Below are positions 1-60,500 of a stretch of 64,000 nt of DNA, piece by piece. The notes under the pieces were generated by a model that ran no database searches, had not been told where the DNA came from, and saw nothing but the letters and a program-made list of their open reading frames with translations. Position numbers and translations under genes: made by a program. Position 1 is the first letter of the stretch. The number at the start of each line of letters is the position of its first letter. This DNA is from Eledone cirrhosa (taxonomy: Eukaryota). The stretch lies in assembly GCA_964016885.1 (NCBI GenBank), contig OZ024757.1, forward strand, positions 8,308,001 to 8,372,000. Direction: 5' to 3'.

Positions 1-360
1 TTTGTAAACATGAAAGTCTACATATTGTGTATGCTGGAACTGATGAATAAAAGAGTGTGTATATATATATATAAGTGAAGTCATGCTAGTGTTTTGCGTA
101 TGTTGATCTGTACATATATGTATATTGGGTTGTATATAACATTAACGAGTAACAGTTTGTGTGTGTTTCTCCGTTGGTTTGGTGGCTTTTTGAGTGTGTG
201 AACCATGTGTGTGCGTGTGTGACTGTGAGATTCTGTGTACACACACGGTATGCGTGTGTATGTAAGAATACATTTTAGTTATAACGACTGTTATCAAGAT
301 TAGAGAAAATTCAGTAGTAAATGTATATTTACGAAGAAGCTAAGACGCCGTTTTCCTATA

Positions 361-452
<92 letters not shown>

Positions 453-640
453 TATATAGATATATAGATATATATATATATTTGGTAAGGACATGGTAAC
501 TTGTTTCTTTTTGTGTTCGGACCTGGTGTATTTATCAGTATATCAGAGATAATGAATCTAATAACTGTTTTCTGTATTTGTAATATAAATTTGTATATAT
601 ATACATACAGTTTTACTATTATTTTGTTTATGTTTTCTAG

Positions 641-45979
<45,339 letters not shown>

Positions 45980-46120
45980 AAACCTCTGTCTACTATTAGT
46001 GAACATAGAGTAAATATGGGATATTTTAGGAGAAAAAAACATTTCAAACGTACAGAGAATCTACCAATGTAAATTATTTCAAATATTAACTGATTTGATA
46101 TCTAACACAGTTAATTTTAA

Positions 46121-46126
46121 AATAAA
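46121..46126 (+). terminator. Candidate polyadenylation signal AATAAA
   Basis: First AATAAA after the predicted stop. The region is AT-rich, so chance occurrence is possible. Confidence 0.3.
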
Positions 46127-46910
46127 TGGATAAATGTAGAAATATAGGGAAAATCTGAGGAAGTACTAATGAATTTTATCCACCATTTTTCGATATTTCG
46201 GTCCTCTCTCTTTCAATCTCTCTCCCTCTCACTCTCTCTTTCTATCTATCTCCCTCTCACTCTCTCTCTCACTCTCGCTCTCCATTTCTCTCCACCCTTC
46301 ACGACCCCTCCACTCATTGCTTTCCATCTGTTTTTTTTATTTGTTTTTCGTTTTGTTTTTTTAACTACCGTCTCCCCTTTGGACACCCCTTTTCCACTCC
46401 CCGTCCCTACAATGCCTAACCTGTAATCCTTCCTCCACCAACTCCACACCCACTTCAAACACCACCTCACACTTCTCCTCCCTCCCTGCTACCTCCAACC
46501 CTCCCTCTAACTCTCCTACCTCTTCTTTGCTAAGACCCAGCATTCCAGCCACATCCGCTGCTTCCATCTACTCCTCATCCCCCCGTATTTCGGCTCCATT
46601 TCCACGCCTCCCCCCTCTCATTACTCCCAACCCAACACGACCTTACCCGCCCCACCCGTCTCCTCATACGTGTCTCACTCCGCTCCTCCCATCTCCTCGT
46701 GCACGTCTCAATCCGCTTCTCCCTCTCTACACCCGCAACCTCGACCACAACCTACCCCAAACCCTTCTTCACCTCAACTCCACTCCCCCCCCCCTCACCA
46801 GCTCCATCCTTCTTTTCATCCATAACCTCAACCATGATCTCTTCTCCTTCCTCCCAACCACCACCACCCACCTCTGAGACCCCTCCAGCCCCACATAATC
46901 CATCCACCCC

Positions 46911-47595
46911 CACATCTAACCCCTCCACACCCACCAAACCCCTCCACCACCACCTAATCTTTCCCCCACCACCTAACACCTCCACCCACATCTAACCCCT
47001 CCACACCCACCAAACCCCTCCACCACCACCTAATCCTTCCACCATCACCTAACACCTCCACCTACATCTAACCCCTCCACACCCACCAAACCCCTCCACC
47101 ACCACCTAATCCTTCCACCATCACCTAACACCTCCACCCATATCTAACCCCTCCACACCCACCAAACCCCTCCACCACCACCTAATCCCTCCACCCCCAC
47201 CAAACCCCTACACCCATATCTAACCCCTCCACACCCACCAAACCCCTCCAGCCCCACCTAATCCCTCCACCACCACCAAACCCCTACACCCATATCTAAC
47301 CCCTCCACACCCACCAAACCCCTCCACCACCACCTAATCCCTCCACCACCACCAAACCCCTACACCCATATCTAACCCCTCCACACCCACCAAACCCCTC
47401 CACCACCACCTAATCCCTCCACCACCACCAAACCCCTACACCCACATCTAACCCCTCCACACCCACCAAACCCCTCCACCACCACCTAATCCTTCCACCA
47501 CCACCAAACCCCTACACCCACATCTAACCCCTCCACACCCACCAAACCCCTCCACCACCACCTAATCCTTCCACCACCACCTAACACCTCCACCT
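46911..47595. repeat. 76-bp C/A-rich minisatellite, ~9 copies
   Basis: ca[c/t]atctaacccctccacacccaccaaacccctcc... recurs at 46911, 46987, 47063, 47139, 47215, 47291, 47367, 47443 and 47519. Confidence 0.9.
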
Positions 47596-47599
47596 CACC

Positions 47600-48720
47600 C
47601 AACGCCTGCACCGCCATCTAACCCCTCCACCACCACCTACCCCTCCACCCCCCACTTAACCACCCCAACCTAACCCAACACCGCCCCACCACCCATACCT
47701 TCCCCTTCCCCTAAACTAATACTAACCTCTACTCACACACACCCACACCTCACAACCCAACTAACCCCCTTACCACCTGCCCTACCCCACCCCACCCAAC
47801 TCCACACACTCATCACCTTCACCCCACCTTCGCCCCCACCCTACCAACACGTTCCCACCACCCATACCTTCCCCTTCCCCTAAACTAATACTAACCTCTA
47901 CTCACACACACCTACACCTCGCCACCCAACTAACCTCCACCCAACTAACCCCTTACCACCTACCCCACCCCTACACCCTAGTTAACCCCTCACACCCGTC
48001 ACCCCTACCCCTCCACACCGCCCCAACACCCATACCTTCCCCTTCCCCTAAACTAATACTAACCTCTACTCACACACACCCACACATCGCCACCCAACTA
48101 GCCTCTACCCAACAAACCCCATTAAACCCCTACACCCCCACTTAACCCCTCACACATCTAACCCCACCCCTCCACCGCCACCCTACCACCCATACCTTCC
48201 CCTTCCCCTAAACTAATACTAACCTCTACTCACACACACCCACACATCGCCACCCAACTAACCCCTATCACCTACCTCACCCCTACACCCCCACGTAACC
48301 CCCCCCGCACCACCACCCCTCCACCCACACCCCCACGTAATCCCCCATCCCCCACCCCCACTTAATCCCCCACCATCCACCCCAACTTAACCCTCACATC
48401 CGTCGCCCCTACCCTCACCCACACTTAACCCCTCACACCCAGTAGCCCCACCCATCCACCCCCACTTACACCCTCACCACCTACCACACACCCACACTTA
48501 ACCCCTCTCCCCTGTACCCCCTCCACTCCCACTTAAGCCCCCACTTAACACCTCACACCCGGCACCCCCCCTATCTACTCCCACTTAACCCCCACTTAAC
48601 CCACACTTTACCCCCACACTCGTCACCCCCACGCTCCACCCCCACACGCGTCACCCCCCACGCTCCACCCCCACAAAACCCCTCATACCCGTCACCCCCC
48701 GTCCTTCCAACACCACCCTC
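47600..48720. repeat. C-rich degenerate repeats, including four copies of a ~160-170-bp unit
   Basis: acccataccttccccttcccctaaactaatactaacctctactcacacacacc recurs at ~47691, 47860, 48028 and 48188. Confidence 0.85.
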
Positions 48721-49783
48721 TGCTCCCACTCTCCCGAAACGACCACTACTTCCGGTTGCGTGTGCCACACTGCCATTTCACTTCCTCATTACCATTTTAC
48801 TCTCGCTCCAGCTTTATCTTTACCTCATGATACCATCGACCTCTTCTACACATACACCTTACCTTCCACCATCCCTGCCCAGACTCTCATTTTCTATCTT
48901 CCCCAACCTTTCTCTTCGCCTCCACCCACTGCTATACACACTTGCCATCCTCGACCTATACACCCCTTCCTACCCCTTTATTTTCACTTTTTAAAAAATC
49001 TGTTTTCTTTATATCTATTTTTATTTTTCCTTCTTTACATGTTCTTGTTTACTTCTCTCCTTACAATCGTGCTTCAGTTCCTCTTGGAGTTCCTTACCTA
49101 CCTTTTGTTTGTTCTTTCCAACTATGACCACAGTGCTGGCAAACCAGATGATACTTGCTAAAGTAAGGGATGCACCTTGTTTTTGGGGGGGGGTACGTTT
49201 GTTGACCCTTTCGTGTATATATATATATATTATAGATAACGAGGAATCAGTGATGCATCAAAACACATTTTGTTAACATATTACATATGTTTCTCCGATG
49301 ATCAGTTCAAGGCAGGATCTATTATAGATCCAACATGACTCTACATTCGCAGGGTCCTCAGATATAATTAGCGTTTTCAAAGCATTTCATCTGATTGAAA
49401 TCATTCGATCCGTTCCATCGTTAACAATATACATAATTTCATTTGAGTTTCTGTGAAAGATAGCATGAACACCATTCCACACTCTCCTACTTTCATCAAC
49501 ATCAATCACCAGAGTGAATGAGTGGGAGGGGTTGTGAAGGGTAGATAGAAAGAGAGAGGGAGCGAGAGATAGATTGAAAGAGAAGGGAGTCGAGATATCG
49601 ACAAATGGAAGATAAAATTCATTAATACTTCCACACATTTTAAATATATTTATACATTTATTTATTTATTTTAAAATTCACTGTGTTAGATTATGTATGA
49701 AACATTATGTAAAGAATAAATAATGTTGATAAGTGTGTTTTGTTTGTTCATCATTTTCTGTTTATATGCATATATATATATAT

Positions 49784-51152
49784 ATATTAATTCAAAATAT
49801 TAACAAAATAGATATTCTTGTGATCAATTATATTTTATTATACATATTTCAGAGGTACTGAGTTAAGTTCAACAGTACGTCCTCATCAGATAAAATAATA
49901 TGATGCATGACATACCCTGACATAGTAGATGGTTACAGTCATGGTAGTGATTAACTTATGACAAAACTCACTATTTATAACCTAATATTGAGAACATGAG
50001 ATAACATAATACAAACAATAGAGAGGGTGCGTGTAATAGAGCTTAAGAAATACAAGGCATCAATATAACTGTTATAACATTTTTTTTAAACTACTGGAGA
50101 AAGAGGAGGGAAAGGAAAGCATAGAGGAAGAAACAGTTGATGTGATAATATATTTAGTAGGTGGCTTGAACAATATTTGCAGTAACTTATTTACTATATT
50201 GCATTATTGCATTATTGTATTATATTATATTATATATATTTGAAAGGTATCACCTCAATTATAAACAAATAATAAACTATAATCTTTGTATTTTTTAAAA
50301 ATTCGGACTCTTTAAGTTTAGTTATAAGGCCGGTTGATACTTTAGGCACTCAAACTATTTAACAATAAATTCTTTAATAATTATAACTATAATTATTTTA
50401 TAAATTATATTATATAAACTGTTGTCAATATTATAAATAATTTTGGTAAAGATTACCTTCGTGAAGATATAAAAACATTATATATATATTTTCTTTCTCG
50501 TGTTTCGTAAATCCTTTAAATTTGTTTTCATAAAATTTGAATTTTAGAAATTAAACATAATTATAATATTAATACAAATACCTATTAACTTTTAAAACCT
50601 AAAATATTATTCATTACTCTGAAATAACTTAAATTAAATATTTTGAAAATTAACCGGCAACGATATTAATTTGGACATGTGTTGCATATATAAACTTGAA
50701 CATAAATTACTCCCCTTTGTCTCGCTCTCTCTTTAATCATCTTTCATCTGTTTTTTCAAGCCACCTACTATATATATTATCACATCAGCTATTTCTTCCT
50801 CTATGCTTTCCTTTCCCTCCTCTTTCTCCAGTAGTTTTTAAAAATAAAAACATTTATAACTGTTATATTGATGCCATGTATTTCTTAAGCTCTATTACAC
50901 GCAACCTCTCTATTGTTTTTATTATGTTATCACATGTTCTCAATATTAGGGTATAAATATTGAGTTTTGTCATAAGTTAATCACTACCATGACTGAATCT
51001 TAACCGTCTACTATGTCAGGGTATGTCATGCATCATCTTATTTTATCTAACGAGGACGTACTGTTGAACTTAACTTAGTAGCTCTGAAATATGTATAATA
51101 AAATATAATTGATCACAAGAATATCTATTTTGTTAATATTTTGAATTAATAT
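49784..51152. mobile_element. Foldback-like element with ~390-bp inverted arms (49784-50170 and 50755-51152) around an AT-rich spacer
   Basis: The arms are reverse complements with scattered mismatches, e.g. gatgcatgacataccctgacatagtaga / tctactatgtcagggtatgtcatgcatc. No coding capacity. Confidence 0.8.
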
Positions 51153-51245
51153 TAATAACTCTGGAAAACCTCACTGTTGAGTGCTTCCAATCTATTGTAA
51201 AACTCATTCTTTGATGTATTCATTGAACCTTGTTTAACTTTTAAA

Positions 51246-51282
<37 letters not shown>

Positions 51283-51287
<5 letters not shown>

Positions 51288-51386
51288 AACCAGTAAGACC
51301 CCGACGGCTGAGCTCAAGCCGTTTCGACGGCTAATTAGCCGTCGAAACGGCTTGAGCTCAGCCGTCGGGGTCTTACTGGTTCCTAT
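51283..51386. repeat. Perfect 104-bp spacerless palindrome
   Basis: ataggaaccagtaagaccccgacggctgagctcaagccgtttcgacggctaa|ttagccgtcgaaacggcttgagctcagccgtcggggtcttactggttcctat. Confidence 0.95.
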
Positions 51387-51558
51387 TACCCACTCTACTA
51401 CCCCAAGTATTGAGTACTTTGGTGCGTTATGGTCCACCTGGTTCCTTACCACATTTCCTTCGTTATATATATATATATATAAATATATGTTTTTTTTTTC
51501 AAGTTGCGACAGTAAACAAAACAAAAAAACGTGGAAGCGAAGAGGCAGTACAAATGTT

Positions 51559-51742
51559 GGTGAATTGGCAGTATCGGTAGAGGGTTGGACGCCATAGTTT
51601 CTAGCAGAGTTACGTCCCTTTACGATCTGAGTTCAAATCCCGCCGAGGTTGACTTTGCCTTTCATCCTTACGGGGTCGATAAAATAAAGTACCAGTAATG
51701 TACTGGGTAATTGCTGGCCTTGTGCCTAAAGTAGAAAAATTT
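51559..51742 (+). mobile_element. Octopus-type tRNA-derived SINE, near full length
   Basis: ggtgaattggcagtatcggtaga (A box)...gagttcaaatccc (B box)...ttgctggccttgtgcc. Confidence 0.82.
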
Positions 51743-51749
51743 ATTAGTT

Positions 51750-52620
51750 TCACGCTTGAGAGTGGGGGTTGGGGGACGACGTTTCGGGCATAAGCCCTTC
51801 ATCAGGAGAAAAGTGGGCAGGAAGAGGGTTCCGAGGGTGTGTGGGGGAGTGATGGAAATACATTAAAAATATTAGTTAAAAATAGGTGGGGCGAGAAATG
51901 GGAGGAAAAGGAATTTTTTGGAGAGTAAAAAAAATAAAATTAAAAGAAACAAGTGGTGAAATGGTGCGAGGCATGTAGGGGTGGTGGTGGGTGGAGTGGT
52001 GGAGAGGGAGTGTATCTGTGATGATGTGAGGGAAGGGGAGTAATATAAGTGGAGGGGGTCGAATGCTAAAGGAAGAGGGGTGGCGAGTTCAGGCCGGGGG
52101 GTATGTGGATCTGTAGGGTGAAGATGGTGTGTTGCTCGACCGTGAGGCGGGTGGCGGGGGTCCCATGGCATTGGATCAGGCCGCAGACTGTGAGGTGGTG
52201 GGCGGAATGTCCAGGGGAACCAAAGTGGCGGGCGATGAGGGAACTCCCGCCGAGACGGATATCTCCAAGGTGCTCAGTGAACCTATCCGCCAGGCGACGT
52301 CCAGTCTGTCCGACGTAGGTTGCGCTGCACTCTGTGTAGCGAAGTCCATAGACGAGGTTGGAGGAGGTGCAGCGGAAGGCATGCCGGACAGAGAAAGAGT
52401 GGCCGTTGGGACGCTGGAAGGTGGTGGTGGTGGTGATCTGGGGGGCAGGTGTGGCAACGAGGTCTAGAGCAGGGAAGGGAACCGGGGGCGGGTGTGCTAG
52501 AGAGCTGTGGACGAGGAGGGAGCGGTGATTACGCGCGTGTTTGAATGAGGGGAGGGGTGGGCATAGGAAGATGGTGGATGTGGAGGAGGCGGACTGGAGG
52601 CGTCGGAAGAGGCGGAGCAT
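51750..52620 (-). mobile_element. Penelope-like element 3' fragment: GIY-YIG endonuclease plus pLTR
   Basis: ORF 52066-52620 contains CTSSNLVYGLRYTECSATYVGQTGRRLADRFTEH...IARHF...H...EQ..IF.L....P.GLN, typical of Penelope GIY-YIG. A downstream hammerhead core is present. Confidence 0.88.
51775..51808 (-). ncRNA. Minimal Penelope-type hammerhead ribozyme core
   Basis: Minus strand: ctc-CTGATGA-agggc(ttat)gccc-GAAACGTC. Palindromic ACGT stem III as in dimer-forming PLE hammerheads; stem I pairing is poor. Confidence 0.55.
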
Positions 52621-52826
52621 AGTGCGGTATATATATATATTGGTTACTACTTACATGTACCACTGTCCTGTGTTTGCCCCTCCTATCGGTATGTTTTCTA
52701 CTTTTTTTCCTTTATTTCTCTCCTTTATTTTCCTTTTTTCTTTTTTTTTCTTTATTTCTCTCTCTTCGCCATCACTTCTTTCCCTCATGGCTTTTTGATA
52801 TATAAAAGTCTATGGGCGTGCTACGG

Positions 52827-52889
52827 ATAGATGTAATGTCTATAATGCGCTGAAACATCTGTGACACGTTGTAGACAACTGATGAAGGG
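52827..52889 (+). ncRNA. Candidate non-circularly permuted hammerhead motif
   Basis: atagatGTA-atgtctataatg-cg-ct-GAAACATCTGT-gaca-cgttgtagacaa-CTGATGA-ag. All core elements are present, in swapped order. Confidence 0.4.
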
Positions 52890-53365
52890 AAACTGTTTAT
52901 CTCTTGTTTGTGTCGCCTTACTAACACGCGTTATCAGTAACCACACAGCAACATCTCTCTCAATCCATATTTTTGTATTTACTGCTGTGACCTCCTCTCC
53001 ACCCTCTCTATCTCGCTTGGTTTGTTTTTCCTGGTCGGACCTATATCCTATCACTCTTTTGGATCAACTCCTTCTCCTCTCTCTTTCTCTCCCCCTGTCT
53101 CCCTCTCCCTTTCTCTTTATCGATCTCTCTTGTTTATTAGTTCTGGTTAGACTTGCGTTGTGTCACCCTGTATTAACTTCCTTTCTCTCCTCCTCTTTCT
53201 CTCTCTATATCCTTCGTAGTCACCACTTCTGCCTTCTACCCCTCTTTCGCTTCCGGTTCCTCCGTCTTTCTTTGCGTTTGCTTTCACCGAGAATAGATGT
53301 GTTTACCATGCTCCACTGTTAATATGGAACACACTTTCGATGTATATAGGTAAATATATCTTACA

Positions 53366-54265
53366 TTGGCTCCCTACCTTTTTATCATCGTAGTGGACTA
53401 TTATATGCGCCTTGCACTGGAGAAACACCAGGACTCTGGCTTTACTGTAGCACCGGCTCAGAGCAGGAGAGTTAGGGCGAAAAAGGTATCGGATGCTGAA
53501 TTTGCCGACGAAAACGTTTCGGTGACAAATACAGTGAAAGAGGCAGAGTATTTGATGATGGAGGTTGAGACTGTGTCGATGAGTGTGGGGCTGAGAATGA
53601 ATGAGACTAAAACAAAATATCTGGTAGAGAATGTTGAGAAGCCAGAGGGGATTACTAATGTAGGCGGGAAGCCGCTGGAATTGGTTGAGGACTTCCTGTA
53701 TTTGGGAGCAAAGATTGGGAATACAGAAGATGATGTGGTTGAGAGGATGAGCAAAGCCTGGGCGCCGTGCCACAGCTTGAGATCGGTGTCGGAGGCTGAC
53801 CTTCTTAAAGACAAGAAAATCCGCTTCTTAATTGCTGTAGTGGAGTCTGTGCTGCTGTACGGGTCTGAGACTTGGACACTGACCAAGAAACGCACTCAGA
53901 TGGTGGATGGGTGCTACACGAGAATACTGATGATGGCTCTGAACATTAATCAGTATACTCTGAGGATGAAAAACTCAGAGGTGTATGGGAGACTCTCAAA
54001 AGTCAGCTCAAAAGGGACACAGAGGAGACTGAGGTTAGCTGGACATGTTCACCGGCATCCAGAATTGACATTGCACTCAGTGCTCCTGTGAGAGCCCCTA
54101 CATGGACACACTGGAAGTGGAAGATCAAGGTTAACGTATGTTGATGCCCTAAGGACAGACACTGGTCTGTTGGAGATGCAGGACATGGCAGCGATAATGA
54201 GGGACAGAGACCGCTGGAGAGAACTCGTCCATGGATCTCGGGAATTTTACCCGCCCTCGAAAAGG
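53366..54265 (+). mobile_element. 5'-truncated RTE/RTEX-type LINE, RT C-terminal half (degenerate)
   Basis: LAPYLFIIVVDY...DAEFADE (degenerate FADD)...GLRMNETKTKY...LELVEDFLYLG...ESVLLYGSETWTLT...DGCYTR..RRLRLAGHVHRH. A premature TGA is at 54089-54091. Confidence 0.88.
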
Positions 54266-54539
54266 GAATATCTTAAAGAAAACACACACATATATATAAA
54301 TACACCCTTACATACACACAGACAGACACACACAGAGACTCACACACAAAAATATACAAACGCTAACAGAGAGATTCCGACCAGAACATTCCAGAACAGA
54401 CCTTCTGAGTACCAAGTCCCAAATAGGAAAAAACAATCTTGACATGAAGAGGTGTATGTTATACATATTTACAGAAACAAATGTTCCACAATATACAATG
54501 TAAACAAAACACAGGCTTCATCAAGGTCAGATACACGAC

Positions 54540-57500
54540 AACCTACTACACTATATCACATCACACTACACTATATGACATCAAACTACAATATACCACA
54601 CTACACTCAATCACATCATACAACAATATACCACACCACACTACAATATATCACATCACACTACAATATATCACAAAATACTACAATATACCACACCATA
54701 CTAAAATATACCACACTACACTACACTATATCACATCACACTACGATATGCCACATCGCACTACACTACACCACACCACACTACACTATATTACACTACA
54801 CTATTATATAGCTCACCACACTACAATATACCACACCACACTACACTATACAACACCACACTACACTATACAACAGCACACTACAATATACGACACCACA
54901 CTACACTATATCACATCACACTAATATATACGGACACCACATTTCACTATATCACACCACACTACAGTATATCATATCACACTACACTATACCACACCGC
55001 ACTACAGTATATCACACCACACTACAATATACCACAACACACTACAATATACCACATCACACCAATATACCACACCACACTACAATATATCACATCACAC
55101 TACTATATATCACACCACTCTACAATATATCACACCACACTACAATATACCACACCACACTTGACTATGCCACAACACACTAAAATATATCACACCACAC
55201 TACACTATATAACACCACACTACTATATACCACACTACACTATACCACACTACTCTACAATATACCACACCAAACTACAATATATCACCCCACACTACAA
55301 TATACCACATCACACTACAATATACTACACTACACTATACCACATCACACTACAATATACCACAGAACACTACAATATATCACCCACACTACAATATGTC
55401 ACACCACACCACAATATATCCCACCAAACCACATTATAGTATACCACACCACACTACACTATATCACACCACACTACAATATGTCACACCACACTACAAT
55501 ATAACACACCACACTACATTATGCCACATCACACTACACTATATCACACCAAACTACACTATATCACAACACACTACAATAGACCAAATCACACTACACT
55601 ATATCACACCAAACTACACTATATCACATCACACTACTATATATCAGACCACACTACAATATACCACACCACACTACACTATATCACATCACACTACTAT
55701 ATATCAGACCACACTACAATATATCACACCACACTACAATATACCACACCTCACTACACTAAATCACACCACACTACAACATACCACAACACACTTCAAT
55801 ATATCACACCACACTACATTATATCACACCAAACTACAATATATCCCACCACGTTACAATATATCACACTACACTACACTATATGACACCACACTACAGT
55901 ATTCCACACCACACTACACTATTTCACATCACACTACCATATACCACACCTCTCTATAATATGCCACACAACACTACAATATACCACACTAGACTATACC
56001 ACACCACATTACAGTACATCCCACCACAGTATATCACACCACACTACACTATAACACACCACACTACAAGATATCTCGCCACACTACAATATATCACTAA
56101 CACTACACTCTATCACACCACACTACAATATACAACATCAAACTACAATATACCACATCACACTACAATATACCACACCACACTACAATATATCACATCA
56201 CAGTACTATATATCACACCACACTACAGTATATGACATCACACTATAATATATCAAACCCCACTACAGTATATCACACCACACTACAATATATTACAACA
56301 CACTACCATATATCACACCACACTAGATTATACCACACCGCACTACACTATATTACACTACACTATATCACAACACACTACAATATACCACACCACGCTA
56401 CACTATATTAAACTATACTACAATATACCACACCAAACTAAAATATATCACAACTCACTACACTATATAACACCACATTACAGTATACCACACCACACTA
56501 CACTATATCACATGAAACTACTATATATCACACCACGCTACAGTATATGACATCACACTACAATATACCACAACACACTACAATATACCATATCACACCA
56601 ATATACCACACCACACTACAATATATCACATCACACTACTATATATCACACCACACTACAATATATCACACCACACTACAATATACCACACCACACTTCA
56701 CTATACCACAACACACTAAAATATATCACACCACACTACACTATATAACACCACACTACTATATACCACACTACACTATATTACACTACTCTACAATATA
56801 CCACACCAAACTACAATATATCACCCCACACTACAATATACCGCATCACACTACAATATACTACACTACACTATACCACATCACACTACAATATACCACA
56901 GAACACTACAATATACCACCCACACTACAATATGTCACACCACACCACAATATATCCCACCAAACCACATTACAGTATACCACACCACACTACACTATAT
57001 CACACCACACTACAATATGTCACACCACACTACAATATAACACACCACACTACATTATGCCACATCACTCTACACTATATCACACCAAACTACACTATAT
57101 CACAACACACTACAATAGACCAAATCACACTACATTATACCACACCACACTACACTATATCACATCACACTACTATATATCAGACCACACTACAATATAT
57201 CACACCACACTACAATATACCACACCACACTACACTAAATCACACCACACTACAACATACCACAACACACTTCAATATATCACACCACACTACACTATAT
57301 CACACCAAACTACAATATATCCCACCACGTTACAATATATCACACTACACTACACTATATGACACCACACTACAGTATTCCACACCACACTACACTATAT
57401 CACATCACACTACCATATACCACACCTCTCTATAATATGCCACACAACACTACAATATACCACACCACACTAGACTATACCACACCACATTACAGTACAT

Positions 57501-60500
57501 CCCACCACAGTATACCACACCACACTACAACATATCACACAACACTACACTATAACACACCACACTACAAGATATCTCGCCACACTACAATATATCACTA
57601 ACACTACACTCTATCAAACCACACTACAATATACAACATCAAACTACAATATACCACATCACACTACAATATACCACACCACACTACAATATATCACATT
57701 ACAGTACTATATATCACACCACACTACAGTATATGACATCACACTACAATATATCAAACCACACTACAGTATATCACACCACACTACAATATATTACAAC
57801 ACACTACCATATATCACACCACACTACATTATACCACACCGCACTACACTATATTACACTACACTACACTCTATCACAACACACTACAATATACCACACC
57901 ACGCTACACTATATTAAACTATACTACAATATACCACACCAAACTAAAATATATCACAACTCACTACACTATATAACACCACATTACAGTATACCACACC
58001 ACACTACACTATATCACATGAAACTACTATATATCACACCACGCTACAGTTTATGACATCACACTACAATATAACACACCATACTACAGTATATCACACC
58101 ACACTAGAATATAGCACATCACACTACCATATATCACACCACACTACACTATAACACACCACACTACACTGTATTACACTACACTACACTATATCACAAC
58201 ACACTACAATATACCACACCACACTACACTATATTACACTACACTACACTATATCACATCACACTACGATATGCCATATCGCACTACACTACACCACACC
58301 ACACTACACTATATTACACTACACTACTATATAGCTCACCACACTACAATATACCACACCACACTACACTATACAACACCACACTACACTATACAACAGT
58401 ACACTACAATATATGACACCACACTACACTATATCACATCACACTACTATATACGGACACCATATTTCACTATATCACACCACACTACAGTATATCACAT
58501 CACACTACACTATACCACACCGCACTACAGTATATCACACCACACTACAATATACCACAACACACTACAATATACCACATCACACCAATATACCACACCA
58601 CACTACAATATATCACATCACACTACTATATATCACACCACACTACAATATATCACACCACACTACAATATACCACACCACACTTGACTATGCCACAACA
58701 CACTAAAATATATCACACCACACTACATTATATAACACCACACTACTATATACCACACTACACTATACCACACTACTCTACAATATACCACACCAAACTA
58801 CAATATATCACCCCACACTACAATATACCACATCACACTACAATATACTACACTACACTATACCACATCACACTACAATATACCACAGAACACTACAATA
58901 TATCACCCACACTACAATATGTCACACCACACCACAATATATCCCACCAAACCACATTATAGTATATCACACCACACTACACTATATCACACCACACTAC
59001 AATATGTCACACCACACTACAATATAACACACCACACTACATTATGCCACATCACACTACACTATATCACACCAAACTACACTATATTACAACACACTAC
59101 AATAGACCAAATCACACTACATTATACCACACCACACTACACTATATCACATCACACTACTATATATCAGACCACACTACAATATATCACACCACACTAC
59201 AATATACCACACCACACTACACTAAATCACACCACACTACAACATACCACAACACACTTCAATATATCACACCACACTACATTATATCACACCACACTAC
59301 AGTATATCACACCGCACTACACTATATTACACTACACTACACTATATCACAACACACTACAATATACCACACCACGCTACACTATATTAAACTATACTAC
59401 AATATACCACACCAAACTAAAATATATCACAACGCACTACACTATATAACACCACATTACAGTATACCACACCACACTACACTATATCACATGAAACTAC
59501 TATATATCACACCACGCTACAGTATATGACATCACACTACAATATAACACACCATACTACAGTATATCACACCACACTAGAATATAGCACATCACACTAC
59601 CATATATCACACCACACTACACTATAACACACCACACTACACTGTATTACACTACACTACACTGTATCACAACACACTACAATATACCACACCACGCTAC
59701 ACTATATAACACCACATTACAGTATACCACACCACACTACACTATATCACATGAAACTACTATATATCACACCACGCTACAGTTTATGACATCATACTAC
59801 AATATAACACACCATACTACAGTATATCACACCACACTAGAATATAGCACATCACACTACCATATATCACACCACACTACACTATAACACACCACACTAC
59901 ACTGTATTACACTACACTACACTGTATCACAACACACTACAATATACCACACCACACTACACTATATTACACTACACTACAATATACCACACCACATTAA
60001 AATATATCACAACACACTACACTATATCACACCACACTACAATATACCACACCAAACTACAATATATCACAACACACTACACTATATCACACCACACTAC
60101 AATATATCACACCGCACCACACTATATCATAGCACACTACAATACACCAAACCCTACTACAATATACCACATCACACTGCAATATACCACACCACATTAC
60201 AATATATCACACCACACTACAATATATCACACCACACTACAATATACCACATCCACTACAATATACCACACCACACATCACTATATCACACCACACTACA
60301 ATATACCACAACACACTACACTATACCACACCACACGACACTATATAACACCACATTACAATATACACCACACTATAATATACTACACCACACTACAATA
60401 TACCATACCACACTTCAATATATCACACCACACTACAATATAGCACAATACAATATATCACACTACAATATACCACACCACACTACACTATATCAGACCA

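Noticed and set aside
46200-46900. Pro/Thr-rich ORFs or a possible Penelope 5' region
   Set aside because: Low-complexity C/T-rich sequence with no recognisable RT motif, so it cannot be assigned.
49141-49185. Possible hammerhead (ccAGATGA-tacttgctaaagtaag-GGAT)
   Set aside because: Core U4 and GAAA are both mutated; at best a dead relic.
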